Below are positions 1 to 10,013 of a DNA stretch of 64,000 nucleotides, piece after piece (the first letter of the stretch is position 1; the number at the start of each line of letters is the position of its first letter). The notes below the pieces were generated by a model, which was given only the letters and a program-made list of their open reading frames with translations, did not search any database and was not told the DNA's origin. Both the position numbers and the translations under genes were made by a program. The stretch is from a virus (taxonomy: Duplodnaviria > Caudoviricetes): the IMG/VR virus record IMGVR_UViG_3300011624_000001, positions 24,436 through 88,435 of that record; one strand, written 5' to 3'.

Positions 1-1
1 G

Positions 2-712
2 CCTGTCAACTCGGTGACTGTCACCGTGGATGCCGGGAGCGCAGGCATGCAGGCGCTTCTATTCCAGCATGAGAATCGCGTCGATCCGCACCCGCAATAC
101 CTGACGAAAGAGCGCGGCGACGCACTGTTCCTGACGCCTGCCGAGGGCAATGCCGCCTACGAGGCGCGCTTCCCGAAGGGCACCCGCCTACTGTTCCAGC
201 AGACCGCTGCGCCAGTCGGGTGGACGAAGATCACCGAATTCCACGATGCCGCGCTGCGCGTGGTCAATGGCGACGCGGGCTCGGGCGGCACGATGAATTT
301 CTCGTCCGCGTTCACCTCGCGCACGCCCACTGGCTCTGTCGATACTTCCGGCTCGGTGCGCACCAGCGGCACCGTCACCACCACCGGCACGGCCGCGCCG
401 ACCACGCTCAGCTCGTCGCAGATGCCTTCGCACAACCACAGCAGCGGCGAGTACAGCTACCTGTTGCGTCCGCCATATGTCGATTCGTTGACGGGCGATG
501 ACTATGTTGGAAGTGGCTATGAGCAGGCCGTCGGCCCCAGTGATGGCGGACCAATTAGCAGCGCTGGCGGCGGCGGTTCCCACTCGCACGCCCTGGCTGT
601 GTCATCGACCTTAAGCGCCAGCTCAAGCTTTTCCGGCTCGTCCTCGTTCTCGGGCACGGCCATGAACTTCGCCGTCAAATATGCCGACGTGATTATCGCG
701 AGTAAAGACTGA
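2..712 (+). CDS. Tail fibre 1 (5' truncated), collar/His-rich tip type
   Basis: Frame open from base 2 (PVNSVTV..HENRVDPHPQY, matching the anchor end of the next three fibres); APVGWTK collar motif; MPSHNH and SHSH tip motifs. Confidence 0.8.
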   Translation, partial: PVNSVTVTVDAGSAGMQALLFQHENRVDPHPQYLTKERGDALFLTPAEGNAAYEARFPKGTRLLFQQTAAPVGWTKITEFHDAALRVVNGDAGSGGTMNFSSAFTSRTPTGSVDTSGSVRTSGTVTTTGTAAPTTLSSSQMPSHNHSSGEYSYLLRPPYVDSLTGDDYVGSGYEQAVGPSDGGPISSAGGGGSHSHALAVSSTLSASSSFSGSSSFSGTAMNFAVKYADVIIASKD

Positions 713-1038
713 TGGAACTGAAAACTGACAAATTCTGCCCCCTCATCAAAAAGGACTGCAAGCAGCTCGGCTGTAGCTGGTTCACGCGCGTGCGCGGCAA
801 CGACCCGCAATCCGGCCGCGAGATAGATGAATGGGGCTGCGCGATCACATGGCTTCCTGTCCTGTTGATCGCGACCGCCAACGAGGCCCGCCAGGGCGCG
901 GCCGCCACTGAGTCGTTCCGCAATGCTGTCGTCGGCGCGCGGCCAGCGCACGCGGGCGCGCCATCAAGCGTAGCAGCGCAAGCAGCCGACGTGATCGAAA
1001 CGGTCGCAACGCCACCACAAATCCAAACCGAGAGCTAA
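712..1038 (+). CDS. Cys-rich tail-fibre-associated hypothetical protein
   Basis: ATG overlaps the upstream stop; CPLIKKDC..GCSW..WGCA pattern typical of proteins next to fibre genes. Confidence 0.6.
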   Translation: MELKTDKFCPLIKKDCKQLGCSWFTRVRGNDPQSGREIDEWGCAITWLPVLLIATANEARQGAAATESFRNAVVGARPAHAGAPSSVAAQAADVIETVATPPQIQTES

Positions 1039-1041
1039 ACA

Positions 1042-1698
1042 ATGAAATTGACCATCATCCCCGACGATCAGACCGTCACCATCGACGGCGAGCGCTTCGC
1101 CATTGACTGCGCCGATTTAGTCGCGCAGCGTATTCACGCGGTCCAGTGGGATGGCGTGCGCGGGCACATCGAATTCCGCGACGCCGACGACGGCAACAAG
1201 CCAGCCAACGAGCTGATCGAGAGCGTCGCCCGCTTCCAGCCCTTGATCGACGCATGGCACGATGCCAAGGGCATCAAAGAGAATCCGCCGCCGCCTGCCC
1301 CGCTGTCTCTGGAGGCGGCCAAGGCGAGCGCGCTGCGCCGCATCAACGCGCGGTGCGCAGTCGAGCTGAAAAACGTCAAGGAGGGCTATCCAGGCGACGA
1401 AGTGCAATCGTGGGCCAAGCAGGAGGCCGAGGCGCGCGCCTATACCGCCGACACGGCCGCCCCAACGCCACTGCTGTCGGCCATGAGCGAGGCGCGCGGC
1501 GTGCCGCTGGACGAGCTGGTGCTCAAGGTCATCGAGAAAGCGGATTTGTTCGCCGTGGTGAGCGGCCGCATCATCGGCACCCGGCAGGCCTGCGAGGACG
1601 CCATCATGGCCGCGCAGGAGGCCGAGGAAGCGCTGGCCGTGACGTGGCCTGAGCCAGAGGTGCCCGAGGCTCCAGAGCCCGAGGAATCACCGCTGTGA
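1042..1698 (+). CDS. Tail fibre assembly chaperone-like protein
   Basis: C-terminal GYP..EVQSWAKQEAEARAY..TPLLSAMSEARG module of fibre assembly proteins. Confidence 0.7.
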   Translation: MKLTIIPDDQTVTIDGERFAIDCADLVAQRIHAVQWDGVRGHIEFRDADDGNKPANELIESVARFQPLIDAWHDAKGIKENPPPPAPLSLEAAKASALRRINARCAVELKNVKEGYPGDEVQSWAKQEAEARAYTADTAAPTPLLSAMSEARGVPLDELVLKVIEKADLFAVVSGRIIGTRQACEDAIMAAQEAEEALAVTWPEPEVPEAPEPEESPL

Positions 1699-1979
1699 GC
1701 CGCTGGGCGATGCTGGGGCTATGGTTCGTCGCGCAACTGGCCCATATCTTCGCTTCCGTGCGCATGATCTTTTTCATCATCGGCGGAAGTGAGCGCGGTG
1801 AGCGCGTCCTGCTCGCGTATGACCGCCTCGGTAACGTGGCTGCCGGTGGCGAGGACAATGAAACCATCAGCAGCCGTGCCAATCGTGAGCGCCAAGCGGG
1901 ATCACGCGGCTGGTGCCTGCTCTGTCGCATCCTTGATTGGTTCGACAAAGACCACTGCGAGAAATCGGCCGGGGTGTAG
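1695..1979 (+). CDS. Conserved small phage protein of tail-fibre loci
   Basis: GTGA overlap with the previous stop; DRLGN..GGEDNETISSR..W..LCRIL..DHC motif. Confidence 0.6.
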   Translation: MSRWAMLGLWFVAQLAHIFASVRMIFFIIGGSERGERVLLAYDRLGNVAAGGEDNETISSRANRERQAGSRGWCLLCRILDWFDKDHCEKSAGV

Positions 1980-2019
1980 GAAAACCGGGGCCAATCTAGC
2001 GCCCCGCCAGCCCGAGAAT
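1977..2019 (+). promoter_or_regulatory. Putative late promoter 1 (GGAAAA-N29-GAGAAT)
   Basis: GGAAAA 1979-1984; hexamer 2014-2019. Confidence 0.75.
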
Positions 2020-2045
2020 GAGGCAACTAATCATTCGAGGACGTA

Positions 2046-4205
2046 ATGCTCAATCTCAGCCCCAAGATCACGACGGCGGGCCTTGCGCTGGTGCGCGAGG
2101 CCGCGAAAACGCCCGGCGTCAGCGTGGCGATCACCAACGTCGCCATCGGCTCCCAGTCCTATGTGCCAATCGGCAACGAGGTCGCGCTAAAGCAGGAATT
2201 CGGCCGCTTCCCGGTCAGCGGCGGCGCATCCATCGACGGCACCCAGGTCAATCTCGGCTTCACGATCACCAACACCGACCAGCAGAACCGCTCGACCAGC
2301 AGCCAGTGGGTCGGCGAAATCGGCTTCTACGCGGGCGACACCCTGTTCGCGGTGCTCAGCAAGCTCGAACCAGCGTTCTTCTACAAGTCGCAGGACATCG
2401 ACATCCCGATTGTGTACACAATCGACATCACCGCCCTGCCGCTGGGCAGCGTCACGGTCAATTCCACAGCCGCCCCTGGCACGCTGTCGGCACTGATTGC
2501 CAACCACGAAGCGAATGCCGATGCCCACCCTGGCCTGCTCATCACGATCAGGAACGCCATCGTGAGCATGTTCGCGGCCGCAAACGGTTCGAGCCTGCTG
2601 GGCTTCAAGCAAGGCGGCGTGGGCTCGGTGACGCGGACGATGGAAGCGAAGGCGGCCGAGTCCGTGAGCGTGAAGGACTATGGCGCGCTGCCCGGCTCCC
2701 CTTCGTCGCAGCATGCCGCATTCATCAACGCCATCAACGCCCTGACGGCTGCGGGCGGCGGGCGGCTGGTCGTCAACGGTGGCGGCGACTACCTGATCGG
2801 CCAGTCCATCCTGCCTTCCCTCATCACCAGCGACATCGAAATCGTATTCGAGGCAGGCGCTCGGCTGGTGGCTGCGTCCGGCCTCAGTACCCCGGTCATG
2901 GACCTGCGCGCATCGAATTCAGCGATCACCGGCCGCATTCTAACGATCCGCAACCCGCGCATCGACTGTAGTGCAGGCAGCACGCAGGCTGGCGTGCAGG
3001 GGTGCAGCGGGATCAGCGCGCAGTATTTCAAGTCGCTTGTGATCGAGAACCCGTCGATCTATGGCGGTGAGAATCCGAACACCTCGACCGCCGATAGCGG
3101 CATCACGCCGATCTGCTGCAACTACGTGCTCATCGACGGCGGCGATATTCGCGGATTCAGCGACGGCGGCGTGTACATCGGCGGCGACAACACCGCAGGA
3201 GCGGTCGGCGATGGCGTGACGGCGACCGTTCGCGGCGTCCTCATCGAACGCTGCAACAATGCCGTATTGGCAAAGCGCGACCTGAACCACTTGCGCGTGA
3301 CCGGCTGCGCCATCAACGAGTGCAATTCAGGCGTCGTCGGCGCTGAAATCACCACGCCGAATTACACCAACCCGGTGCGCAGGCTGGAGGTGGAGGGCAA
3401 CCGCTTCAAGAAGATTGTCGCGAACATCGTGCGCTTCCGTGGCCCATGCAAGGGCAGCATGCGCGACAACGAGGTGGAGGACTGGGGCTACCGCTTCGAC
3501 GGCACCAGCCCGGCCGGAGCAAACGCATATGCTGTGGTCATCCAGGGCAGCACCGGCATCGACGTGGCCGACAACGATTTCAGGATCATCGACTGGCCGC
3601 AGAACGATCAGCGCGCGGTCCTGCTCCAGAACGTCACGCTCAACGGCCAGCAGTACGTCCAGGGCGGCCACCTGTTCTCGGGCAACAGCTACCGCAACGT
3701 CGGGCGCGTCGTCGTGGAGGAAGTCGGCGGGGCCGCCAGCGCGTACCTGAACGAATACTACGAAGGGCTGTCTACCGCGAAATTCTCGGGCCTGAACGCC
3801 GAGAGCGTAGTTACGTTCCGCGAGCAGGGAAAGCCGGGCCTTTGGCTACGCAGCGCCGGATTCGAGCGCCAGATGGGGCACCCGGCAATCATCGACAGCG
3901 CCACCGGCCTGACCCTGGCAGAGAAGGATTCCGGCTACACGTACACCAACGTTGGAGCCCCGGCCGAGGCGGTCTTCAATCTGCCACCGGCAGCGAAGGG
4001 GCTCACGTTCGACTTCATCTGCATGGATGACTTCGGCGTGCGGCTTCAACCGGCTGCTGGCGACCTGATCCGCGTGAACGCTTCAATCTCGCCTGCTGGC
4101 GGCGCAGCAAAGTCCATCGTGGTCGGATCGGCGATCAGGCTGACGGCGGTGGATGCGACATACTGGGTCGCGCAAAGCCTCACCGGGACGTGGGTGTGGG
4201 CCTAG
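2046..4205 (+). CDS. Tailspike/RBP 2 with right-handed beta-helix (pectate-lyase-like depolymerase)
   Basis: Shared N-terminal anchor; VSVKDYGA neck motif; repeated Asn/Ile/Gly beta-helix rungs. Confidence 0.8.
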   Translation: MLNLSPKITTAGLALVREAAKTPGVSVAITNVAIGSQSYVPIGNEVALKQEFGRFPVSGGASIDGTQVNLGFTITNTDQQNRSTSSQWVGEIGFYAGDTLFAVLSKLEPAFFYKSQDIDIPIVYTIDITALPLGSVTVNSTAAPGTLSALIANHEANADAHPGLLITIRNAIVSMFAAANGSSLLGFKQGGVGSVTRTMEAKAAESVSVKDYGALPGSPSSQHAAFINAINALTAAGGGRLVVNGGGDYLIGQSILPSLITSDIEIVFEAGARLVAASGLSTPVMDLRASNSAITGRILTIRNPRIDCSAGSTQAGVQGCSGISAQYFKSLVIENPSIYGGENPNTSTADSGITPICCNYVLIDGGDIRGFSDGGVYIGGDNTAGAVGDGVTATVRGVLIERCNNAVLAKRDLNHLRVTGCAINECNSGVVGAEITTPNYTNPVRRLEVEGNRFKKIVANIVRFRGPCKGSMRDNEVEDWGYRFDGTSPAGANAYAVVIQGSTGIDVADNDFRIIDWPQNDQRAVLLQNVTLNGQQYVQGGHLFSGNSYRNVGRVVVEEVGGAASAYLNEYYEGLSTAKFSGLNAESVVTFREQGKPGLWLRSAGFERQMGHPAIIDSATGLTLAEKDSGYTYTNVGAPAEAVFNLPPAAKGLTFDFICMDDFGVRLQPAAGDLIRVNASISPAGGAAKSIVVGSAIRLTAVDATYWVAQSLTGTWVWA

Positions 4206-4248
4206 TAGGAAAAGGCCAGCGATAGCGCAATTTCGGGAGCCTCAGAAT
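4206..4248 (+). promoter_or_regulatory. Putative late promoter 2 (GGAAAA-N29-CAGAAT)
   Basis: GGAAAA 4208-4213; hexamer 4243-4248. Confidence 0.75.
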
Positions 4249-4274
4249 GGTTTTAACGCCATAACGAGGTTCCT

Positions 4275-6623
4275 ATGCTAACCCGAAATCCACGCATCAC
4301 CGCTGCCGGTCTTGCCCTGTTCACCAAGCAGGCTCCCGGCTTTTCCGTCGCCCTCACGCATGTGGCGGTCGGCACGGCCGTTTATGACCCGACGGGCAAC
4401 GAGACAGCACTGAAAAGTGAGTTTGCCCGATTCCCCATCGCCACCGGGGTGGACATTTCAGCCAGCCAGCTCCAGGTGGGGGCGCTGGTCAAGGACACCG
4501 ACCCGCAGGGCCGCTCGGCCAACAACAAGTGGATTGGCGAGATCGGCTTCTACGTCGGCACGACCTTGCTGGCCGTGATGAGCCAGTCAGCGCGCGCGCT
4601 GTTTTACAAGTCGCCCGAGCTTGACGTGGCGCTCAGCTACATTCTGGACTTCTCTACCCTGCCCCCTGGCTCCCTGACGGTCGGCGCGCCCAAGCTGTCC
4701 GAGGACATTCGACTGGCCGCCCAAACCGCCCTGGCGAGCGCGCAGTCGGCGACCGGCGCAGCAGCGACGATCCGCGCGACCTATTACGGCAATTCGGCAG
4801 TCGCCCCGACGCTGCGCCCGGATGGCACGGCCCGCCAGAAAGGCGACCGCTATTTCGATACCGTTGCCAATGCAGAGCGCACTTGGAACGGTGCGCTGTG
4901 GGGCATCGCGAACCCCGATGCCGCTTCCCTGGCGAAGCCAAGCGGCGCAAGCATCGTCGGCTACAAGACGGGCAGCGTCGCAACCGCGCTCGAAGAGGTG
5001 GACGGCAAGATCAACGGCACCACGCAGCAAATCAACGACCTGCGAAATCGCATGTATCGCCGGTCTGTCGTCCACAAAATCCCCATGCGGTTCCCTGGCT
5101 ATGCGACCGTGATCGCAGCCAAGGGCTACACCTACCTGTTCCCGCAATCGTTCACGATGCACGCGACCGAGCTGTACATTCTGTACGGGGCCAACACAGG
5201 CGCGGCCGGGACGGGCTCGTTCGTGGCGATACACAACCGTGCAACCGGCGCTTATATTTCCGGCTTCTCTATCGGCGAATCCTATGGCGAGGGCATTGTC
5301 GTCAAGATGGAAGGGACCAAGAAATACCTGTACGCGCGCCACAAGTCGAGCGTCCTGGGCAAGTACAACATCACGAACCGGCCCGCCAACCTGAGCACCC
5401 TCGCGCCCGAGTCCACCACCGACCTGGGCTTCTATTCGTTCCTGAGCTGGGACGGTTCGCAGTTCACGATGCAGGTCTTGACGCGCAGCTCGCGCGCGTC
5501 GCAGCCGCGCAACCTGTTCGTGCGGCTCGATGAGTCGCTGGCGCTCCAGTCCCGGCTGGAGTTCAACCGGCTCGATGCATGGAATCTCAGTGCCGAGCAG
5601 CGCGACCTTGCGCCGAAGCTCCAGGGCTTCTCGCACTACCGGGGCGGCTACGTGCTCGGCTACGGCGCGACGCACTACTACGGCGGGGCGAAGAAGCAAA
5701 GCGACTTGTGCGGCATTAAGCTGTTCACGTCCGCGGGCGATCCGACTGAATCGGCGCTGATGAACCCGGATGCCTTCATCGACATTCTGCGCGCCAAGGG
5801 CTATTCGTGCGACCTGATCGAGAACGAGGGCATGCACTATGCCGATGATGGCGAGCTGTATGGCATGTGGGTAACGAGCAGCCATACGAACACCGGCAAT
5901 TACGGCATCCTCATCACGCGCGAAATGGGCGGCGACATCGACTGCACGGCAGCGGCGACGGCCGCCACGCCGGGCGCGTCGCTGGAGCACATGCTCGCGA
6001 AAGTGGATCACGACGACAAGGGCATCAAGAACCCGATGACCGGCGCGCCGTTCACGACGCTTGTCGAAATCGTGGAGTTCATGCGCGAAACGCAGCTCTC
6101 GCAATACGGTTTCACCACGACCGGATCGACCATCAAGGACTTGGCGGGCAACAACCTACCGGGCGGGCATATTTTCATGCTCATGACGGGCAATTACTTC
6201 TCCTGGGAGGTGCTGGACTATTCCTCCAGCGGCATCGCGACTTCGTGGATTTCGGGGGAAAAAGGTGCGCTGGTCCAGGCCTACCCAGCCTTCACGCTGG
6301 GCGGGCAAGCGTCCGAAACCATGAACAGCGTCAGCGTCGGCGTGGGTTCGGCCGCAAAGATCGCCATTGGCCGCAATACGACCGATCTGGTGAGCTTGTT
6401 CGAGGCCTGGGGCGCAGATGGCGTCATCGGTCGCATTTCCACCATCGGGGCCAATACCCGCTTCTATATTGGCAAGGGCGCGTTCATTACGGGCGGCACC
6501 GGGTCGCCAGAAGGCGTGGTAAGTGCGCCGCGCGGGTCGATGTATCTGCGCGAGGATGGAACGGGGCAATGCCGCTACGAGAAGGAATCGGGCAACGGCA
6601 ATACTGGCTGGGTACAGCGATAA
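4275..6623 (+). CDS. Tail fibre/RBP 3, probable beta-propeller receptor-binding domain
   Basis: Shared anchor; RPDG..GDRYFDT segment; PQSF..QGF..ENEG pattern; C-terminal GTGSPEGVVSAPRGSMY..KESGNGNTGW motif. Confidence 0.75.
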   Translation: MLTRNPRITAAGLALFTKQAPGFSVALTHVAVGTAVYDPTGNETALKSEFARFPIATGVDISASQLQVGALVKDTDPQGRSANNKWIGEIGFYVGTTLLAVMSQSARALFYKSPELDVALSYILDFSTLPPGSLTVGAPKLSEDIRLAAQTALASAQSATGAAATIRATYYGNSAVAPTLRPDGTARQKGDRYFDTVANAERTWNGALWGIANPDAASLAKPSGASIVGYKTGSVATALEEVDGKINGTTQQINDLRNRMYRRSVVHKIPMRFPGYATVIAAKGYTYLFPQSFTMHATELYILYGANTGAAGTGSFVAIHNRATGAYISGFSIGESYGEGIVVKMEGTKKYLYARHKSSVLGKYNITNRPANLSTLAPESTTDLGFYSFLSWDGSQFTMQVLTRSSRASQPRNLFVRLDESLALQSRLEFNRLDAWNLSAEQRDLAPKLQGFSHYRGGYVLGYGATHYYGGAKKQSDLCGIKLFTSAGDPTESALMNPDAFIDILRAKGYSCDLIENEGMHYADDGELYGMWVTSSHTNTGNYGILITREMGGDIDCTAAATAATPGASLEHMLAKVDHDDKGIKNPMTGAPFTTLVEIVEFMRETQLSQYGFTTTGSTIKDLAGNNLPGGHIFMLMTGNYFSWEVLDYSSSGIATSWISGEKGALVQAYPAFTLGGQASETMNSVSVGVGSAAKIAIGRNTTDLVSLFEAWGADGVIGRISTIGANTRFYIGKGAFITGGTGSPEGVVSAPRGSMYLREDGTGQCRYEKESGNGNTGWVQR

Positions 6624-6626
6624 GGA

Positions 6627-6962
6627 ATGAGCATGAAAAAGAACTGTGTAGTGCATGAGGGGAAGGTGATCCACGTCGGCCAGTGGGAGGCGCACGTCAT
6701 CCACTATGACCACGACGATGGGGGCGCGCTGGTGCCTGTCGCGACCGCTAACCCGATGCCCGAGGGGGCTGTCCAGGGCGAATTCGACATCGAGTACACC
6801 ACGGACGGCAGGATCGTTCTGGCGTCCGATTATCGCGAGCTGCGCGCCGCCGAGTACCCGTCAATCGGCGACCAGCTCGACGCACTGTTCAAGGGTGGGG
6901 CCGCCGCGAAGGCCATGGCGGACCGCCTGGGTAGCATCAAGAAAAAGTACCCGAAGCCGTAG
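6627..6962 (+). CDS. Tail fibre chaperone-like protein
   Basis: YRELRAAEYPSIGDQLDAL..IKKKYPKP motif; directly follows RBP 3. Confidence 0.65.
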   Translation: MSMKKNCVVHEGKVIHVGQWEAHVIHYDHDDGGALVPVATANPMPEGAVQGEFDIEYTTDGRIVLASDYRELRAAEYPSIGDQLDALFKGGAAAKAMADRLGSIKKKYPKP

Positions 6963-7002
6963 GAAAACCAGCGGCAGAAGGCAGCGGGGCGAACCTCAGA
7001 AT
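6960..7002 (+). promoter_or_regulatory. Putative late promoter 3 (GGAAAA-N29-CAGAAT)
   Basis: GGAAAA 6962-6967; hexamer 6997-7002. Confidence 0.75.
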
Positions 7003-7031
7003 GGTTCCAACTATTCCGAGGAACCCGCTGC

Positions 7032-10001
7032 ATGATTAACCTGAATCCCACCCTCACCGCCGCTGGCTTCGCGCTTTTCCGGGGCCAGTCTCCAGGCTTC
7101 AGTGTGGCTATCACGCACGTCGCTTTTGGCGCGCAAAAGTATGACCCGCTCGGCTTCGAGTCGAGCCTGAAATCGGAACTGGTTCGCTTCCCGATTGACG
7201 GCTCGGCGCTGATTTCGCCAAGTGCGATTCAGGTTGGCGTCCTGATGAAAAATGCCGCTCCAGACGGCCGCACCGCCAACGACAAGTGGATTGGCGAAAT
7301 CGGCTTCTATGCGGGCGATACGCTGTTCGCGGTGCTGTCGCAGGCCGCCGCCTACCTGTTCTACAAGTCGCCGGACATCGACATTCCTGTGACGTACGTG
7401 CTCGATTTTTCGGTTCTGCCAGCGGGCTCGATCACCGTCAACAACGATGCGCAGTCGGCAAGCATCGCCCTCGCCTCCAGCTACGCCCAGGCGGCCGCCA
7501 AAACGGCCCTGAACGCGCAGCAGGTCATTTCCTCGACCTATTACGGCCCGTTCGCTGCCGAGCCTACAGCTCGCCCGGATGGCACGGCGCGCCAGCCGGG
7601 CGACCGCTATTTCGACACGAAGGCCAAGGCCGAGAAAACGTGGTCCGGCACCGACTGGTATGCGGCGAACCTCAATGCGGCAATCCTGGCATCCAAGGAC
7701 GGTGCGGCGAGTGTCGGTGCGACGTGGTTCGGCGGCGTCCTCGGCAAGCTGTCCGACCTTGCCACAGCCGCAGGCTCAGGCTTGGTCGGGTTCGTGCAGG
7801 GCGGCGTAGATGCGGTTGCCCGCAGCATCCAGGACAAGCTGCGCGAGCAATATGACGTGCGTGATTATGGTGAATTCATCGCTGGCGGCACGTCGGCGGC
7901 CGTGGGCAAAATCAATCTGGCAACCCTGAACAGGGCGATCCTGGCTGTAAGCAATGCCGGGGGCGGCATCCTGCGACTGCCGCCAGGGACGTTCGTGTTC
8001 AGCGCTCTGCCGGGCTCGACCGTGCCCGACAGGTGTATCGTGTTGCGCCGCAATGTGGAGCTGCGCGGCTGCGGAGAGGGCATCACGGTCCTGCGCCGCA
8101 ACCAGCCGTCCACGCTGATGACCAACGCGCCCAACGGTGCGGTCAACATGGGCTACGGCGGGGGCGAGAACAACGTCGGGCTGCGCGACCTGACGCTAGA
8201 CGGCAATGCGGCCTACTCGGCGCTGTACCCGGCCAACATTTCCTATTGGTTCTGTTCCGACCATATCCGCATCCGGCGCGTGACCTTCCTCGATACTCCA
8301 GGCCTGCATGCCATCGACATGAACGGATGCCGCGATGCTGTAATCGAGAAGTGCAGCTTCAAGGGTCAGAATGCGGAACTGACGGCCGTTTTCTCGCCGA
8401 ATGACCCGAATTACTTCCCTGAGGCTATTCAGCTTGCTGGGGAAACGAACGGCTATACCATCGAGGCGCTGGCACCGAAGAAGATCAAGGTTATCGACTG
8501 CTATTTCGGCCCATCGGAAACCCAGGGGTCGCATTGGGTGGCCGTGGGCAATCACGCTCTGAATTACAACGTGCAGACCGAAGACGTGCTCTTGAGGGGC
8601 AACATCATCGACAACCCGCTGCGCCATGGATTCCGCCCGTTCGCATGGAAGCGCACGAAGATCATCGCCAATACCTTTATTGGCGGCAGTGTTGGTATCA
8701 CGCTTAGTTCAGCCGTTGACGTAAAGGACTCTACCGGAACGCCCACCGGCTTCTCGCAAAGCGGCGAGGATATGCTCATCGCCCTGAACCACTTCAAGGA
8801 TGTTGCGAACGAGTGTGTTTCCGTGTCGGCAGGCCACGTTGGCGCGACCACCTACCAGAAGTGGCGCAATCTGGCCATCATCAACAACACGGTCACAGGC
8901 AAGCTCACTACCTGCACCCCGTTTAACATGCGTTGGGTGTCGAGGCTGACGATCAGCGGCAATAACCTCAACGGTGATTTTTACCGTGGCATCTACATGC
9001 GCTTCTGTGACGCGGTGCGAGTTACCAACAACCACATCGAGAACACGAATCTTGAGGCATTGCTGGTGGTCGAAGAAGTGGAAACCGCGTGGTCCGGCAC
9101 CGGCTTGACCGCTGACTATGTCATCAGCGGCAATTCGCTGGTCAATACCGGCTACTCGGGGATGAACCTCCAGGCCATCGTCGGCGGCACCATCACCGGC
9201 AATACCGGCAAGAACTTGGGCTCTGTGGCTCCGGGCAAGCGGCCATTCATTGGCGTCAGCGCCTTCTGCAAGAACCTCGACATCACGGGGAATCAGGCTG
9301 CTGGCGGCACCTATGTCGTTGACGTTTCGGCGAGCTGCGCGGACATTCGTGTGGGTCCGAATAATGCGATTGGCATGGACAGTGGCACTATTCGCAACCT
9401 CGCCACCGGGAACAGCGCCACGTCGGACATGACGGCTACGAAAGGCAGTTGGACGCCCTACAGCGATAACCTCGACAGCTTCGGTTCGGCCGTGCGTCGC
9501 TATGCGCAGGGCTTCTTCTTCGACCTGCGCGTGCGTAATAACCTGCCGGTGCTGGCCGTTGTCGCCCAGGCCTACGTGTCGGCATCGGTGACGGGCACGA
9601 CGGACGAAACGGTCCTGGCTACGGTGAAGATCCCGGCAGGCTTGCTCGGCCCGAACGATATGCTCGAAATCTCGGCGCACTGGGGCTTCAACAACAACGC
9701 CAACATCAAGACGCCGAAGATCAAGCTCGCAGGCGTGGCCTACTACCAGCCGAGCATCACGACCAGCCTCCAGGCATTGAGCATCACCCAAATCCGCAAT
9801 GCCAACTCGCAAACCGCGCAGATCGGCGGCGTGAGTTCGGCAGGTGTGCAGCACGGCATCGGCAGCAGCGGCGCGGCCCTGGCTACGTCCGCCATCAACA
9901 TGGCCCAGGAACAGACCCTGACCTTTACCGGCACGCTGGCAAACGCGGCCGACAACATCACGCTACTCGGCTACACCGTCAAGTACGTGCCCGCACCATA
10001 A
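7032..10001 (+). CDS. Tailspike/RBP 4 with beta-helix depolymerase domain
   Basis: Shared anchor; RPDG..GDRYFDT; DVRDYG neck; HAIDMNG..EAIQL beta-helix motifs. Confidence 0.8.
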   Translation: MINLNPTLTAAGFALFRGQSPGFSVAITHVAFGAQKYDPLGFESSLKSELVRFPIDGSALISPSAIQVGVLMKNAAPDGRTANDKWIGEIGFYAGDTLFAVLSQAAAYLFYKSPDIDIPVTYVLDFSVLPAGSITVNNDAQSASIALASSYAQAAAKTALNAQQVISSTYYGPFAAEPTARPDGTARQPGDRYFDTKAKAEKTWSGTDWYAANLNAAILASKDGAASVGATWFGGVLGKLSDLATAAGSGLVGFVQGGVDAVARSIQDKLREQYDVRDYGEFIAGGTSAAVGKINLATLNRAILAVSNAGGGILRLPPGTFVFSALPGSTVPDRCIVLRRNVELRGCGEGITVLRRNQPSTLMTNAPNGAVNMGYGGGENNVGLRDLTLDGNAAYSALYPANISYWFCSDHIRIRRVTFLDTPGLHAIDMNGCRDAVIEKCSFKGQNAELTAVFSPNDPNYFPEAIQLAGETNGYTIEALAPKKIKVIDCYFGPSETQGSHWVAVGNHALNYNVQTEDVLLRGNIIDNPLRHGFRPFAWKRTKIIANTFIGGSVGITLSSAVDVKDSTGTPTGFSQSGEDMLIALNHFKDVANECVSVSAGHVGATTYQKWRNLAIINNTVTGKLTTCTPFNMRWVSRLTISGNNLNGDFYRGIYMRFCDAVRVTNNHIENTNLEALLVVEEVETAWSGTGLTADYVISGNSLVNTGYSGMNLQAIVGGTITGNTGKNLGSVAPGKRPFIGVSAFCKNLDITGNQAAGGTYVVDVSASCADIRVGPNNAIGMDSGTIRNLATGNSATSDMTATKGSWTPYSDNLDSFGSAVRRYAQGFFFDLRVRNNLPVLAVVAQAYVSASVTGTTDETVLATVKIPAGLLGPNDMLEISAHWGFNNNANIKTPKIKLAGVAYYQPSITTSLQALSITQIRNANSQTAQIGGVSSAGVQHGIGSSGAALATSAINMAQEQTLTFTGTLANAADNITLLGYTVKYVPAP

Positions 10002-10013
10002 CGAGAGGAAACC

